Below are positions 1 through 10,673 of a stretch of DNA of 54,265 bases, piece after piece. A program made the translations under genes and the position numbers. The DNA is from Proteromonas lacertae. Lineage: Eukaryota. Where the stretch lies: the NCBI GenBank assembly GCA_002245135.1, contig NGBS01001198.1, positions 1 through 54,265 of the forward strand. The letters run 5' to 3'. The notes beneath the pieces were generated by a model that saw nothing but the letters and a program-made list of their open reading frames with translations, did not search any database and had not been told where the DNA came from. Position 1 is the first letter of the stretch; each line of letters opens with the position of its first letter.

Positions 1-2764
1 ATAATGATGCTGGAGTTTATCCTATTGATAATGAATTCACACACGTAAATGTTGTCCAACTACTTTCCAAACAAAACAAGATTGGCATTTATTCAGAAAA
101 GCAGTAGAAAAAATAATTATGAGGCAAGCAGATTGTAATTATTGGTTGTTTTACATATATCAAAAATTAGAATCATTACAGATTCATTTTAACAAAGTGT
201 TTGTTCCTACAATTAAATTATGGAAAGGATGATTATTTGAATGAAAAAAAGAATGTAGCATGTTATGCTATCCATAATATGATGTATATGGTGGTTAGGC
301 ATTTAGTAACTATAAGAGAATATTATGAAAGTTTGTTTCCTAATAGAGAGTTAAATCAAAAAAGGCAAAGAAGAGATCCTGCTCAATTAAGAATAGATAT
401 AGAGAAAACATTAAATAAAAATTTCAATATTCCTAATACTTTAGAATACGGAAGAGCATTAGGAGCAAAATGGAATCAAAACACTGTTAATGCTCAAGAT
501 AATCAAAGAAATAGACAACAGCAATTTGATGATCAAGCAAATCATTATGGACAAAATTGGTGGACTCCACATTGGTGACAAATATGAATAATGCTCAACA
601 AAATATTCCTAATAATAACAATAGAGATGCTCGATATGTTCCAGCTACAACAAAGGAAAAATTACATTATCTTAAATACAAACTTTTATCCTTTGCTAGG
701 AAATTTCTTTTATGTAAACTTATATTTGCTCAAGATCAAAATGAATTAACTACATTAGCTATGCATGCTATAGTAAAAAACAGAAGTAGGAATGATAGTG
801 TATATTACAAAGATGATAAGTAATTTAGATATATCTGTAAATCAAGTTCCAGGAAGGAGAGTAGCAAATCCTATAGATATTCCTAATTTCAGTTTAGATT
901 ATGAATTTGATGATAGAGTATATAGAAGATATCCTCATCGTTTATATGGATCTATGAGAGTAACTGATAAAGCTGTTAATGATAATCCTCATAATTATCC
1001 TAAACCAAGAATATATATTGGAAATCCTTTAGATTGGCCTTATTTTGGAACTGCACGAAATCCATTCCCAACTTATAGAGGAGCCTGGTATTGGTATCCT
1101 ACAGTTCCTAGATATGTGGATGCTCAATTAGGAGGTAGAGAATATATTTCTATGCCTGGCAAATTACATCCAAATCCATGGAGAAGAGGTCCAGAGGAAA
1201 ATTATAGAGGACATAGAGGAAATATAGAAAATCAGAATAAAGTGATGCCTTATATGAGACGTCCTGATTGGAATTATCCTAATCATACTGTTATTCAACA
1301 AAAGACTGCACCTTATTGGGAAAATAAGATATTCTTTAATCGAAATAATAATATTCAAGGACCTACTAGAAATGATGATAAATGGAAACAACCAGGTGCT
1401 GATGCAGCTGTTCCAGGACATTCAAGAGCATATGGAGATCCTGTATTTAAGAATTTAGATGAAAATGGGAATATTCGAGGTAAATTTGGTCCTTTGGAAG
1501 GTCCTTTAGATTATAAAGAATATGGTAATCCTATTAGCGCTAAAATGATATCAGCTATGGGAAATCAACGTGCTAGATATACTTGGCAAAATTTACCTGC
1601 AAATAGACAAGGAAGTTGGGGTAGTGGACAATGGTATTGTCCTCATTTACAAGATGGAGATGGTAGATATTATAGATATGTTCCAGATATATTAAAAATA
1701 GAAGATTGGACTCACGACAGATATCCTAATGCTAATTTTAATGCTTTATTTAAGTATATGAGATTACCTTATATTCCCGAAGATCATCCAATATTTGAAA
1801 TGCTGCCAGGTATAGATCCTGCAAATGATCCTCAATGGTCTATAATTGATGTAAATGTTCACCAAATATGAATCAAAGAGAATGGCCATATATATGGAGA
1901 AGAAAATTAGGAGTAAATAGAATGTATTTACCACCTCCAGGATGGTTACCAAAAGGTATTACTGAACATCAATTACAAAATATGTACTATGATGTATTCT
2001 TAAATAAGTATAAAAATATGAATCAAGCAGATAAACTTGAATGGGGAACATACATAGGAACTCATCGTCCTATTGAAAGAATAGCAAGAGGATATTATGG
2101 AGGTGCAAGACAACCAAATGAAATGAATAGAGAGATAATTACTGTTAATAATGAATATTTGCAAAATATATTTGGAGATTATCAAATTAATCCAGAAGAG
2201 AATAGAATGACATTAGATAAAAATGAAGCATCAAATTTAAATGTAGAGGAAATAGTTAAAGTGGATCAAGATATTACAAATGATGCAAGTAAAAATTGGC
2301 AACCACAAGAAGCTCATTATACTAAAGAATTGGATAAGAGTGAAATGATGAAAACAGCAGCACAAAAAACAGATGAAGATTTTAGAAGTGCTTTAGATAA
2401 TAATAATAGTAATCCTCCTCCTCCAGAAGAACAAGCTCCTCCACCTCCACCTCCTCCTGTACAAGAAGAGGATGATGAGGATATAACTCCTATTAAAGTA
2501 AAAAGAGGAAGAAGTGATGTTAATGAAGAAGATGAAGAAGAAAGGAAGAAAAGAAGAATAGTATATAATGATGAAGGCGATGTTGTTCAAGAGGATGATG
2601 ATGATCAAATGGATGAAGATGATGATTTAGATGATCCTAATATTCAACCTCAAGATGTATTTGTAGATGAGGATAATAGACAAAAAAGAAAACGAAGCGA
2701 AGCTGTTTTTGATGAGGATGATGTAAATGAAGAACCAATAAAAAGAGTTAAAATAAAACATTAA
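1..2764 (+). CDS. Chain of overlapping ORFs (201-578, 557-823, 792-1871, 1868-2764), probably one or two large N/P/Y/W/G-rich element proteins broken by frameshifts; acidic/Pro-rich C-terminus with a basic NLS-like end
   Basis: ORFs overlap end-to-start in different frames with similar composition, coding-like sequence runs from base 1, and the chain ends PIKRVKIKH*. Confidence 0.5.
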
Positions 2765-2770
2765 TTATTA

Positions 2771-3339
2771 TTATATTTTTCTAAACTTGTTGGCTAATAA
2801 CCTTGCTCTTTCCTCTCCTTTTACTGTATTGAAATTTGTTGCATCAACGAATGATAGGTTATGCAATAAAATATCTCTTAAAAATAAAATAGCATGATAT
2901 CCACAAGTGGACGTTGTTATCCTTTGATTAACAACTCCATTTATTTTCAGCTTATAATCTTGTTGAGGATCTGCTTTAAGATGCTTGATATACTTAACAA
3001 AGGACTTGGTATGTTCTGGCTTTTCTCCAAAACTATCATAATAAAGGAATTGATGTTTATCATTATCAATTACCAAACTCACCCAATGACCAATCTTTTC
3101 AGGAAGATCCTTCCTCTTCAAAGTACATATTATTACTCCCCACTTATTCAAATCCAGTTTAGGAATACTCTTAATTTCATCCCATAAAAACACTCCCCAA
3201 ACCTACTTAACATTTCAGGAAAGTTTGATTTTATTACTTTAGGAATATCATAGTTAGATAAAGCCATGTCATATGGTTTCTTGGATTTTTCACCATGTCC
3301 ATATACTCTGTTATTAGTAAAGCATAAACGTAGTTTCAT
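2771..3339 (-). CDS. Adenain/Ulp1-like (clan CE) viral maturation cysteine protease, with one frameshift at the C4 run 3195-3198
   Basis: Catalytic motifs in order: GHWVSL (His), YYDSFG (Asp), NQ (oxyanion Gln), TCGYH (Cys). Adding one G joins ORF 3148-3339 (MALSNYDI...SRFG) to GVFLWDE, restoring an F-x-G-V-F-x-x-D N-terminal motif. Confidence 0.85.
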
Positions 3340-3414
3340 CCTAAAAATTGCAAGAAAATGAGAAATGAATTCATTTTTAATTTTCTATTCATATTTGAAA
3401 ACAACCAATCACAT

Positions 3415-3813
3415 ATGAGTGTTTTAGGTGGTCGTAAACGTCGATATCGAAGAGGTAGATCCGTTTCAAGAAGAAGAAGAGGACGAAGAGGAAGATCAAG
3501 TGGAAGGTACAAGTTTGGCTTGATGGGTAAACTTATAAGACATGAAGTACCGAATACAATGTTTCGCGGATTGAAGAAAGGAAGAGGAAAAGTAACTGAA
3601 GTTGCAAGCAAAGCTTTAGATATCATGAAGGTATTAGGGTTAGGAAAAGTTAGAGGAGGAATAAGATTTGGTGTAAATGGAGGTAGAAGACGTAGAAGAA
3701 GAGGCAGTCGAGCAAGAAGACATAGACATCGTACATACTGTATAAAAGGAGGAGCACATACAAGTATTCCTATGAAATTAAATAATTTCCTTTTAAGTAA
3801 AATCTCATCTTAA
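3415..3813 (+). CDS. Arg/Gly-rich protamine-like DNA-condensing core protein (adenovirus pVII-like)
   Basis: ATG at 3415 (MSVLGGRKRRYRR...). Long Arg tracts are separated by VLGG, VRGG, VNGG and IKGG. Divergent from the protease gene. Confidence 0.65.
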   Translation: MSVLGGRKRRYRRGRSVSRRRRGRRGRSSGRYKFGLMGKLIRHEVPNTMFRGLKKGRGKVTEVASKALDIMKVLGLGKVRGGIRFGVNGGRRRRRRGSRARRHRHRTYCIKGGAHTSIPMKLNNFLLSKISS

Positions 3814-3853
3814 ATTTTTATTATTATTTTTATTTTTGTTTTTCTATATAAAA

Positions 3854-4304
3854 ATGAATCCATATTACAATAACAATAGAAATCAATCATATTATCAGAA
3901 TTACGATGATGGGTTTTATGATGATTATTACGATGATGATGACTATTTATCTAAAAGTGCTCAAATAGACTTACAAATACTAAGTCAATTACAAGGATTG
4001 AACAGTGCATTCCAAACAGCATCTACTGCTCCTACGAAAAAGCTTACATCAGAACAATATAAGAATAGGATTAAAAGTTTAGAAAAAGCTCGAAAAGCAA
4101 AAAAGGAAAAAACTAAAGTTGCAGAAGTAAGTTCAAGCGAGGATGAGGATGAAGAATCTAAAAAGTCAGTAGAAAGTGAAGGATCAGATGAAGTAGAAAT
4201 TAAAGGATCCTCCAAAGAATGCTCCAATTGGTGAAGCTAAAGTAGAAAAAATTAACGGAATTATTATAGATCCTAGTAAGGAAGCATTTGCTCCATTTTA
4301 TTAA
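3854..4304 (+). CDS. Hypothetical element protein (Y/D-rich N-terminus, basic helix KKLTSEQYKNRIKSLEKARKAKK, acidic tract); likely frameshift near 4202
   Basis: ORF 3836-4234 with ATG at 3854. The alternative frame continues KDPPKNAPIGEAKVEKINGIIIDPSKEAFAPFY* to TAA at 4304. Confidence 0.55.
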
Positions 4305-4344
4305 AATTTATATTTTTAATTCATTTTTGTTTTTCTTGGGTAAT

Positions 4345-5660
4345 ATGAAAAAATCAAATATTATTAACAAATTGATCACTGAATTGGCAAAAAGAGTATC
4401 TTCTAGGATAGGCAAGAGATCTCATAAAAGAAAATACAAAAGAAAATTAAGTAAAAGTTTCAAGAGATTAGCATATGATATGGATGCTCCTGAATTAGTA
4501 TACAATGTTAACCAATCTAGATTGGATCATTTACAAGGAATGCAATTCGATAGCCAATTACAGAAAATAAATTAACTGAAAAACAACTTAATAGATATTA
4601 ATAAAAAAATAACTGACTATGAAGGAATGGAATCTCTACCAGTTAATGAGGATAATAAAGATGAAATCTTCAAAAGAGAACAAGAAATGATAAAATTAAA
4701 TTTAGGAAAACAAAGATTAGAAAAATCAATTGAAGATGATGAAAGGAGGATTTATGTTTGGAGCTTCTGATCCTCTAACAAGAAGTGTTCCATATGGAAG
4801 GACAGGAAGTATAAGAGATTCTTTATTACCAAGAATGTATGATCCTAAATCAATTCCTACAGGAGGATTAAATTATGATCCTTTAAAAGATGGAGTTGGA
4901 GATGCAGATATAAGTAATTTTTTAAAAAGTAATTTTTAATTCTTATTATATTTTGTTTATAGGTTTGAATGAAAGAAATGAGGACAATTCTCGAAATATC
5001 AAGATTAATAAACTTATAGTTGAAAATCCCTATCCTTCTATTAATATTGTTCCTCCAGAAAGACCTCTTACAGTTCAACAAACACCAACTTTTACAACTC
5101 CGATTACAACTTTAGGAAGAACAACAGAAACTCCTATATCCTCTTTTGTTAATGAAAGAAAATTATCGGAAATGTATATTGAACCAAAGAATTATTTTTC
5201 ATCAAAAACTTCAGGGTATGTTCAAACAGATGAACCTCAGTTGTTAAAACATTGGGTTAATCCTTCAGTTAATTTACCACCTCCTGAAAGATCATTTAGT
5301 ACAGAGGAAACTAATACAAATCCTCCTCCTGAATATAAAGATGCACAAACAGATGTGTATAAACCATTTCCTCCACCTCCTCCAGAAACTAAAACTGCAA
5401 GTACTATGTTTGATCCTCCACCTTTTCAACCAAAATGGAGTATTATGAATCGTCCTATAAAAAATTACATTACTCCAGATGATCCTCATTATGAAAATTA
5501 TATTGCACAAATGAATAGACAAGCAACATATAATCATGCTGTATTAGATCATCCTAGAAATATGACACCAGAACAAAGAGCAAAATATAGTATACCTGAT
5601 ATCAATGAGATGGGACAAAGATATGATAATTTTAGAAAAGAAAATTCTCATTATTTTTAA
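4345..5660 (+). pseudogene. Basic N-terminus / Pro-Thr-rich element protein, with an in-frame TAA at 4573-4575, a frameshift near 4750 and a 34-nt intron at 4929-4962
   Basis: The reading frame stays open past the TAA (LKNNLIDINKK...). Splicing GT(4929)..AG(4962) joins ORF 4730-4939 in frame to ORF 4953-5660 (FLKS-LNERN). Confidence 0.55.
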
Positions 5661-5782
5661 AATACACCAAAATACAAAATCCAGATTTTCCGTTATTAAC
5701 CAATCAAATGTTAGCAATTAAAATTTAAGTATTGTATAACTGATATTTTACTTTCAATTTTCTTGTTGGTTTTTAAGAAAAA

Positions 5783-6058
5783 ATGTATTCAGATTTACAT
5801 CTTGATTATCCTAATACTCAATTGAGGATGGCATCATTGAAGGAATTAGAAAAAGGAGTATATACTATTGTTATAGCAGACAACATGGAGGAAAGATTAA
5901 AGAATTGGAAGATTCGCATTTATTACGGTTGTAGCGATATTCATTTCAATTTTCTATACCATGGAAATGAAATAGAATTATCAGTACCTACCAAAACTGA
6001 ACCGAAAGTAGAAGGACCAGTTTCTGAAGATCAAATAATAATGAGGCATTTATTCTAA
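5783..6058 (+). CDS. Hypothetical element protein, 91 aa
   Basis: ATG-initiated ORF with globular composition, flanked by AT-rich spacers. Confidence 0.55.
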   Translation: MYSDLHLDYPNTQLRMASLKELEKGVYTIVIADNMEERLKNWKIRIYYGCSDIHFNFLYHGNEIELSVPTKTEPKVEGPVSEDQIIMRHLF

Positions 6059-6129
6059 AAAGGATTTTGATCTTATTTGTGTTTATTTTCTTGGGTTTAT
6101 TTCATTTTCATTTTTCTTTCTATTTTCTT

Positions 6130-6504
6130 ATGAAACAGGATAATCTTGACTATATTGATTTTGGGTTGTTTAAAAATATAAATAAGAGGAAATGGTGGGA
6201 TATGGAGGAAATTTCTATATCTCATGAATATAGTAAGTTAGATGAATATTATGAGGATTATAAGTTATGTGTGGAGGAATATAAAGATTATTTACAATAT
6301 GTTAAAAAGAAGAAAAACAAGAAGAAGGAAGAAAATATTCCTCAATCATTAGAGAGACTCCAAATGAGCATTGAGGATAGTCGATCCTCCTATCAAAGGA
6401 AACATGCGGAAATTGCAGAAAGGATTTGGAAGATAAGGAACATATCGATTATCTGCTTGATTTTAGATTACGACAAAAAAAGGAAGATGAAAGGAAAAAT
6501 GTAA
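6130..6504 (+). CDS. Hypothetical charged helical element protein
   Basis: First ATG of ORF 6067-6504 is at 6130 (MKQDNLDY...). Confidence 0.55.
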   Translation: MKQDNLDYIDFGLFKNINKRKWWDMEEISISHEYSKLDEYYEDYKLCVEEYKDYLQYVKKKKNKKKEENIPQSLERLQMSIEDSRSSYQRKHAEIAERIWKIRNISIICLILDYDKKRKMKGKM

Positions 6505-6620
6505 AGAAAAGGAAAACAATTTGATTGGTTAATTAGAATTTTACTAATTTCTTGATTTTATTTTAATTAAGTATTTTCTAAAACTTTTTGAAAACTTATC
6601 ATAAATTTAAAAATCAAAAA

Positions 6621-7354
6621 ATGAATTCCGATTTACAAGATGATATGAACATAAGTTCATTTCCTAGTTCACCAAAGGTTGCTCCTCCTCCTCCACTCAT
6701 TATTCCTCAATTAGATGAATCCAAGGTACTTACAAAAGAGAATTTTGATGACTTTATTTTTAACAACTCTCATTTTTGGGATATTATGGTGAATCATACA
6801 AGAAGTATGACAGAGATCCTTTTAAGAAATCTTATTGATGGATTAAGCTTATACAGGATAGCAAATGCAAGACAAGAGGATTTTATTGATTTACTCACTA
6901 CTCTTAAACCAATCAAAATCTTATCAGATTTTAAAATAGGAATTAATTCTATCAAAAAATTGCAGATGATGATGATGAAGATGAAGAAGATGATAAAGTC
7001 ATTCCTATTCCTAAGAAGAAGAAGGAATCAGCTCCAGTACCAGAAGGATCACAAAAGTGTTCTACATGCAACAAAATCCTTCCTTTGGAAAACTTTGCAA
7101 CAAAGCCAAATAATGACAAAAACAAAAGTTGTGAAAGATGTCGCTTAAAAAAGAAGGAGTATTATGATAAACAAAGACAACAAAAGAAACAAAGAAATGT
7201 TAAAGAGGAAGATTCAAGTAGTGGAAAAGTAAAAGTTGAATTATGTCCTAAACCAGCTCCAAAGAAAAGAAAGATTGATGTTGTCATTCCTTCTGCAATG
7301 GATGAGGATCCTGATGATGATGAGGAAATAGATAGTGAGGAAATGGAAATATAA
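6621..7354 (+). CDS. C4 zinc-finger element protein with a frameshift in the A6 run 6954-6959
   Basis: Adding one A gives ...IADDDDEDEEDDK...QKCSTCNKILPLENFATKPNNDKNKSCERCRLKKKEYY...PAPKKRK, i.e. two CxxC pairs and an NLS-like motif. Confidence 0.65.
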
Positions 7355-7416
7355 ATTCTAATATTAATCTTTATTTTCATATTTCTTGTTGTTTTTGGAA
7401 TATATATATATTCAAA

Positions 7417-7821
7417 ATGCCTAGATATAGAATTAATACTTTTTCATTAAAAGCAAATAATGTTGGACCTGTAGTTTGTAAATTATACAGGTATATGGTA
7501 ATAGATAGAGGAAATGCATATCAGATTATATGGTATATCAAATTTAATCCTCAAGTATTACAGAATATTATTATGGGTGGAGATAGATGGATTCATGTAG
7601 TACCATATCGTACTAGCGATGTTAATGATGAACCAGAATTATGGTTTATTGGAACCGGAATGAGATCTATGCAACTTGATCTACCTGAATTAATCTTTAA
7701 TCCAACTCCTAATCCTCCAATTTTGCTTCGTGGAAATCTTAATGTAAGACAAAGAAGATATTTACAGCTTCATTTATTATATGATCCTTTAGATGAAGAT
7801 GATGATGATGATGATGAATAA
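7417..7821 (+). CDS. Hypothetical beta-rich element protein with an acidic tail
   Basis: Intact 134-aa ORF with an AAAATG start context. Confidence 0.6.
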   Translation: MPRYRINTFSLKANNVGPVVCKLYRYMVIDRGNAYQIIWYIKFNPQVLQNIIMGGDRWIHVVPYRTSDVNDEPELWFIGTGMRSMQLDLPELIFNPTPNPPILLRGNLNVRQRRYLQLHLLYDPLDEDDDDDDE

Positions 7822-7887
7822 AACAATAATTAATTTCATTTTTAATTTTCTTGTTGTTTTTGTATATTATACTCTCATAATTACAAA

Positions 7888-8217
7888 ATGTTATCAAAAA
7901 ATAATGAGACTGTCTTAGAGACAAATGTTGAGGAAATCAAGGAAAGTATAGGAATCCTCTTAGTATATGTCATCCTTTGGGTTGTAACAGAAGTCATCAA
8001 AATTGTATATTATACTTATAAAGCATATTGTCCTCCTAAAGTAATTGAAGTTGTTGAGGAAATTCAGCATAATTTGGGAAGTACAAATAAAAAAGAGGAT
8101 GATGAGGAAGAGGATATTATTGAAGAAAATGAGGAATTATCCTCCATAAACAAGACATATAGAACAAGTAATGGAAGATTACACTATCCTCCGTCAAAAT
8201 ATTCTGATACAATTTAG
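7888..8217 (+). CDS. Small single-pass membrane element protein
   Basis: 109-aa ORF with hydrophobic segment IGILLVYVILWVVTEVIKIVYYTY. Confidence 0.6.
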   Translation: MLSKNNETVLETNVEEIKESIGILLVYVILWVVTEVIKIVYYTYKAYCPPKVIEVVEEIQHNLGSTNKKEDDEEEDIIEENEELSSINKTYRTSNGRLHYPPSKYSDTI

Positions 8218-8302
8218 AAAATGTTATAGAGTAATTTTAAAATCCTAATTAATGATTTTTTTCTAAGTTCCTTTTTTGGGTTTCGAAAATTCTCTTTTTT
8301 CG

Positions 8303-8386
8303 TAAAAAGTAACGGTTTTTGTAACGAAGGAAAATCCTCCAATCATAATCGACCGTTACTTTTTAAGTAAATTTGCCGTTACTTTT
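8303..8386. promoter_or_regulatory. Candidate promoter with three GTAACGG (Myb-type) sites and a CCAAT box
   Basis: 14-bp perfect inverted pair at 8303-8316 / 8352-8365, a third copy CCGTTACTTTT at 8376-8386, and CCAATCA at 8339-8345, just upstream of ATG 8412. Confidence 0.45.
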
Positions 8387-8411
8387 CATTCTGAGTTTTC
8401 CTGCCATTTTT

Positions 8412-10482
8412 ATGGTTAGAATTTTCAAATATATGGAAATTAATACTACTGAGATATTGAAATTAACAGTTGCTACAGCAGAAGCTACTAGGTAATATTT
8501 TGTTATTAATATAATGTAGGACTTTTACTAAGTTCTTGGGAAGTCATGTCGCGCGCGATAAAGAAATTTGCGCGGTAAAGGAAGTAATAAGTTTCCATTA
8601 AAGTGAATATGTTAATACTTATTTGGAAGGCCGAGTAAATATAAATATAACATTATTTTGTCTAATAAATTACATATGTTGAAATTGTCATCAAGTTTTC
8701 AATAAGATTTATATCATCTATTATTAATCTTTGTAATTATTTTATTATTTAAATCGCTAGAATATATTAATATATATGTCTTATTAACATATTGATATAT
8801 ATATAGTACCCTTTAAAAAAATATTAAAGTAAAAAGAAAATATGCTCAAGCCTTCTTCAAGCCAATATTTTATTTTTTATTTCAAACCATCGTAACATCG
8901 ATTTTGTTTAATCTTTTCATCAAAGAACTGTTTATTTCAATTTCTTTCAGTGATATATGCAATAAAAATAATGTTAAATGATAGAAATAATTAAGATGAA
9001 TATGAAGTGAATATTTATGAATAATTGAACATAACTATTGTATATGACTGTTATAAGACAAAATGATTATATATTCATGCATAGCGTAATGACATTAACA
9101 ATAATATTATATTAGATCTAAATATAAACAATTACTTCCTTTATCGCGCAAATTTCTTTATCGCGCGCGACAAGTCAACCAATTTACCCCCGTGAAAAAT
9201 GGAGCAAGGAGGATGATGCTGTTGTGAGAGGATTATACTCTCAACTTGGTGCATTTATTAATCAACTAAATGAAAATCCTGCTGGAGTATATTTTGTATG
9301 TATTATACTTGCAATAGACTTGGAAACATTATGAAATGGAGGAAAAGAAGGAAATGGAGGAAAGTGAAAAAGAGGAAAGTAAGAAAAGTCCTGAGGTATA
9401 TTTGATTATTTATATATACATAGAAATGGATGCTTGAAAAAGAGGAATTCCTCAAAGAACTTAAAGAAATCAGGGATGAAAATCTTGAAGAAAGTGATAA
9501 AGAGGATAAAAATGAAAAAGATTGCTGTGCAGTAAAAGGAAATAATTATGAAGAATACATAAAGGAAAGAAAGGAAAAGTTGTCACAAATGAATGAAAAG
9601 GAAAGAAAAGAAAGGGAGGAAAACCTAAGAAAACATGAACAAGCAAGAAATAGACTTCAAAATAGACTTCAATATCTTAAAAAACATGCATCTATTATTG
9701 AACCTGATGATGATTTTGAAGATCCTCCACCAGAGCTTCCTCCAAAACCAAAGTCAGATCCTATTAAAGAGGTGTTACAAAAAACATCAATACTGAATAA
9801 GTTTAATGTCAAAAAGATATCTAAATCCTCTCCTGAAACATTTCCTCCAAAGGATCTTAGCAAATTGAAGAAAGTCAAAGAAGTTGTAAAAGAAATTGAA
9901 AAGGAGGATATTCCTCAGATTATAGTATCAGAAAGTGATACAGATTCAGATGATGAAAAAGTAATTGTAGCAAAGAAGAGGCAAAGACCTCAGTCAGTAA
10001 AAAAGGAGGATGAAAAGAAAAAGCAGAGAAAGGTAGCTGAAATTCCTCCACCAGATCCTTCAAAGAGGTACACAGATTCAGAGTTGTTCGAGATGCTGTT
10101 GAACAAGAAGTGCAGTATTAATCAATGGTACGACAAAGGATCTTTAACAAAGTACATCAGCATCCTATCCATCAACACCTGTAAGTACCTGAAGACAGAA
10201 TTGATGAAATACAAGAAAAATCAAATGAACAAGGCTTACAAGAAATCAGCTCGAATGGATGAATTACTCAAAGAGATGCATAAGTATAAAGAGCAGTACA
10301 ATTCTAAAGATATCCAGAACTTCCCTGACAAAGCATCTTACAAGAAACAGTTTATAGATTCAAAAAAAGCCAAAGATGATTATGAAGATGAAATTAATGC
10401 AATACAACAGGATGTTAGCAAGGTTAAAGAAGGATTGAAGCCTATTGAAGACAGAATCAAGACATTGGAAGGTGCACATTAA
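8412..10482 (+). pseudogene. ~450-aa K/E-rich coiled-coil element protein with three short introns, interrupted in exon 2 by a MITE
   Basis: Introns at 8492-8519, 9287-9317 and 9396-9423. Removing 8547-9177 gives one continuous ORF MVRIFKYMEIN...TKFLGSQPIYPREKW...NPAGTWKHY...SPEKWMLEKEE... to TAA at 10482. Confidence 0.75.
8547..9172. mobile_element. 626-bp non-autonomous DNA transposon (MITE) with TGT...ACA ends, 42-bp TIRs and a 5-bp TSD AGTCA
   Basis: TIRs at 8547-8588 and 9131-9172 match at 41/42 positions. AGTCA is duplicated at 8542-8546 and 9173-9177. The interior is AT-rich and non-coding. Confidence 0.92.
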
Positions 10483-10625
10483 TTAGATGATAATGATAAT
10501 TCCTCTTTATGAGATGACTTTTGTTTTTCCTCTTTTGATCTAAATACATAACTATAGTATAATAGACACTTCAAATCCTCTTCTATAACATTTTATAATA
10601 TTCTAGTCTATACTATAGTCTAGTC

Positions 10626-10673
10626 CTCCACCCCGCCGGCATTCCCCCCATCGGCCCCCCACAGGGGGGCTGG
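10626..10673. other. GC-rich island with hairpin GCCCCCC-ACA-GGGGGGC
   Basis: Perfect 7-bp stem at 10654-10660 / 10664-10670, plus adjacent C4 and C6 runs, in otherwise very AT-rich DNA. Confidence 0.6.

Noticed and set aside
3190..3205. Programmed -1 ribosomal frameshift in the protease (and at 6954)
   Set aside because: No in-frame X XXY YYZ slippery heptamer. A single-base loss in a homopolymer is simpler, and similar indels are common nearby.
8543..9174. MITE removed by splicing (introner-like), using GT at 8543 or 8548 and AG at 9173-9174
   Set aside because: These remove 632 or 627 nt, but restoring the frame needs 631 (mod 3 = 1). Both products hit early stops.
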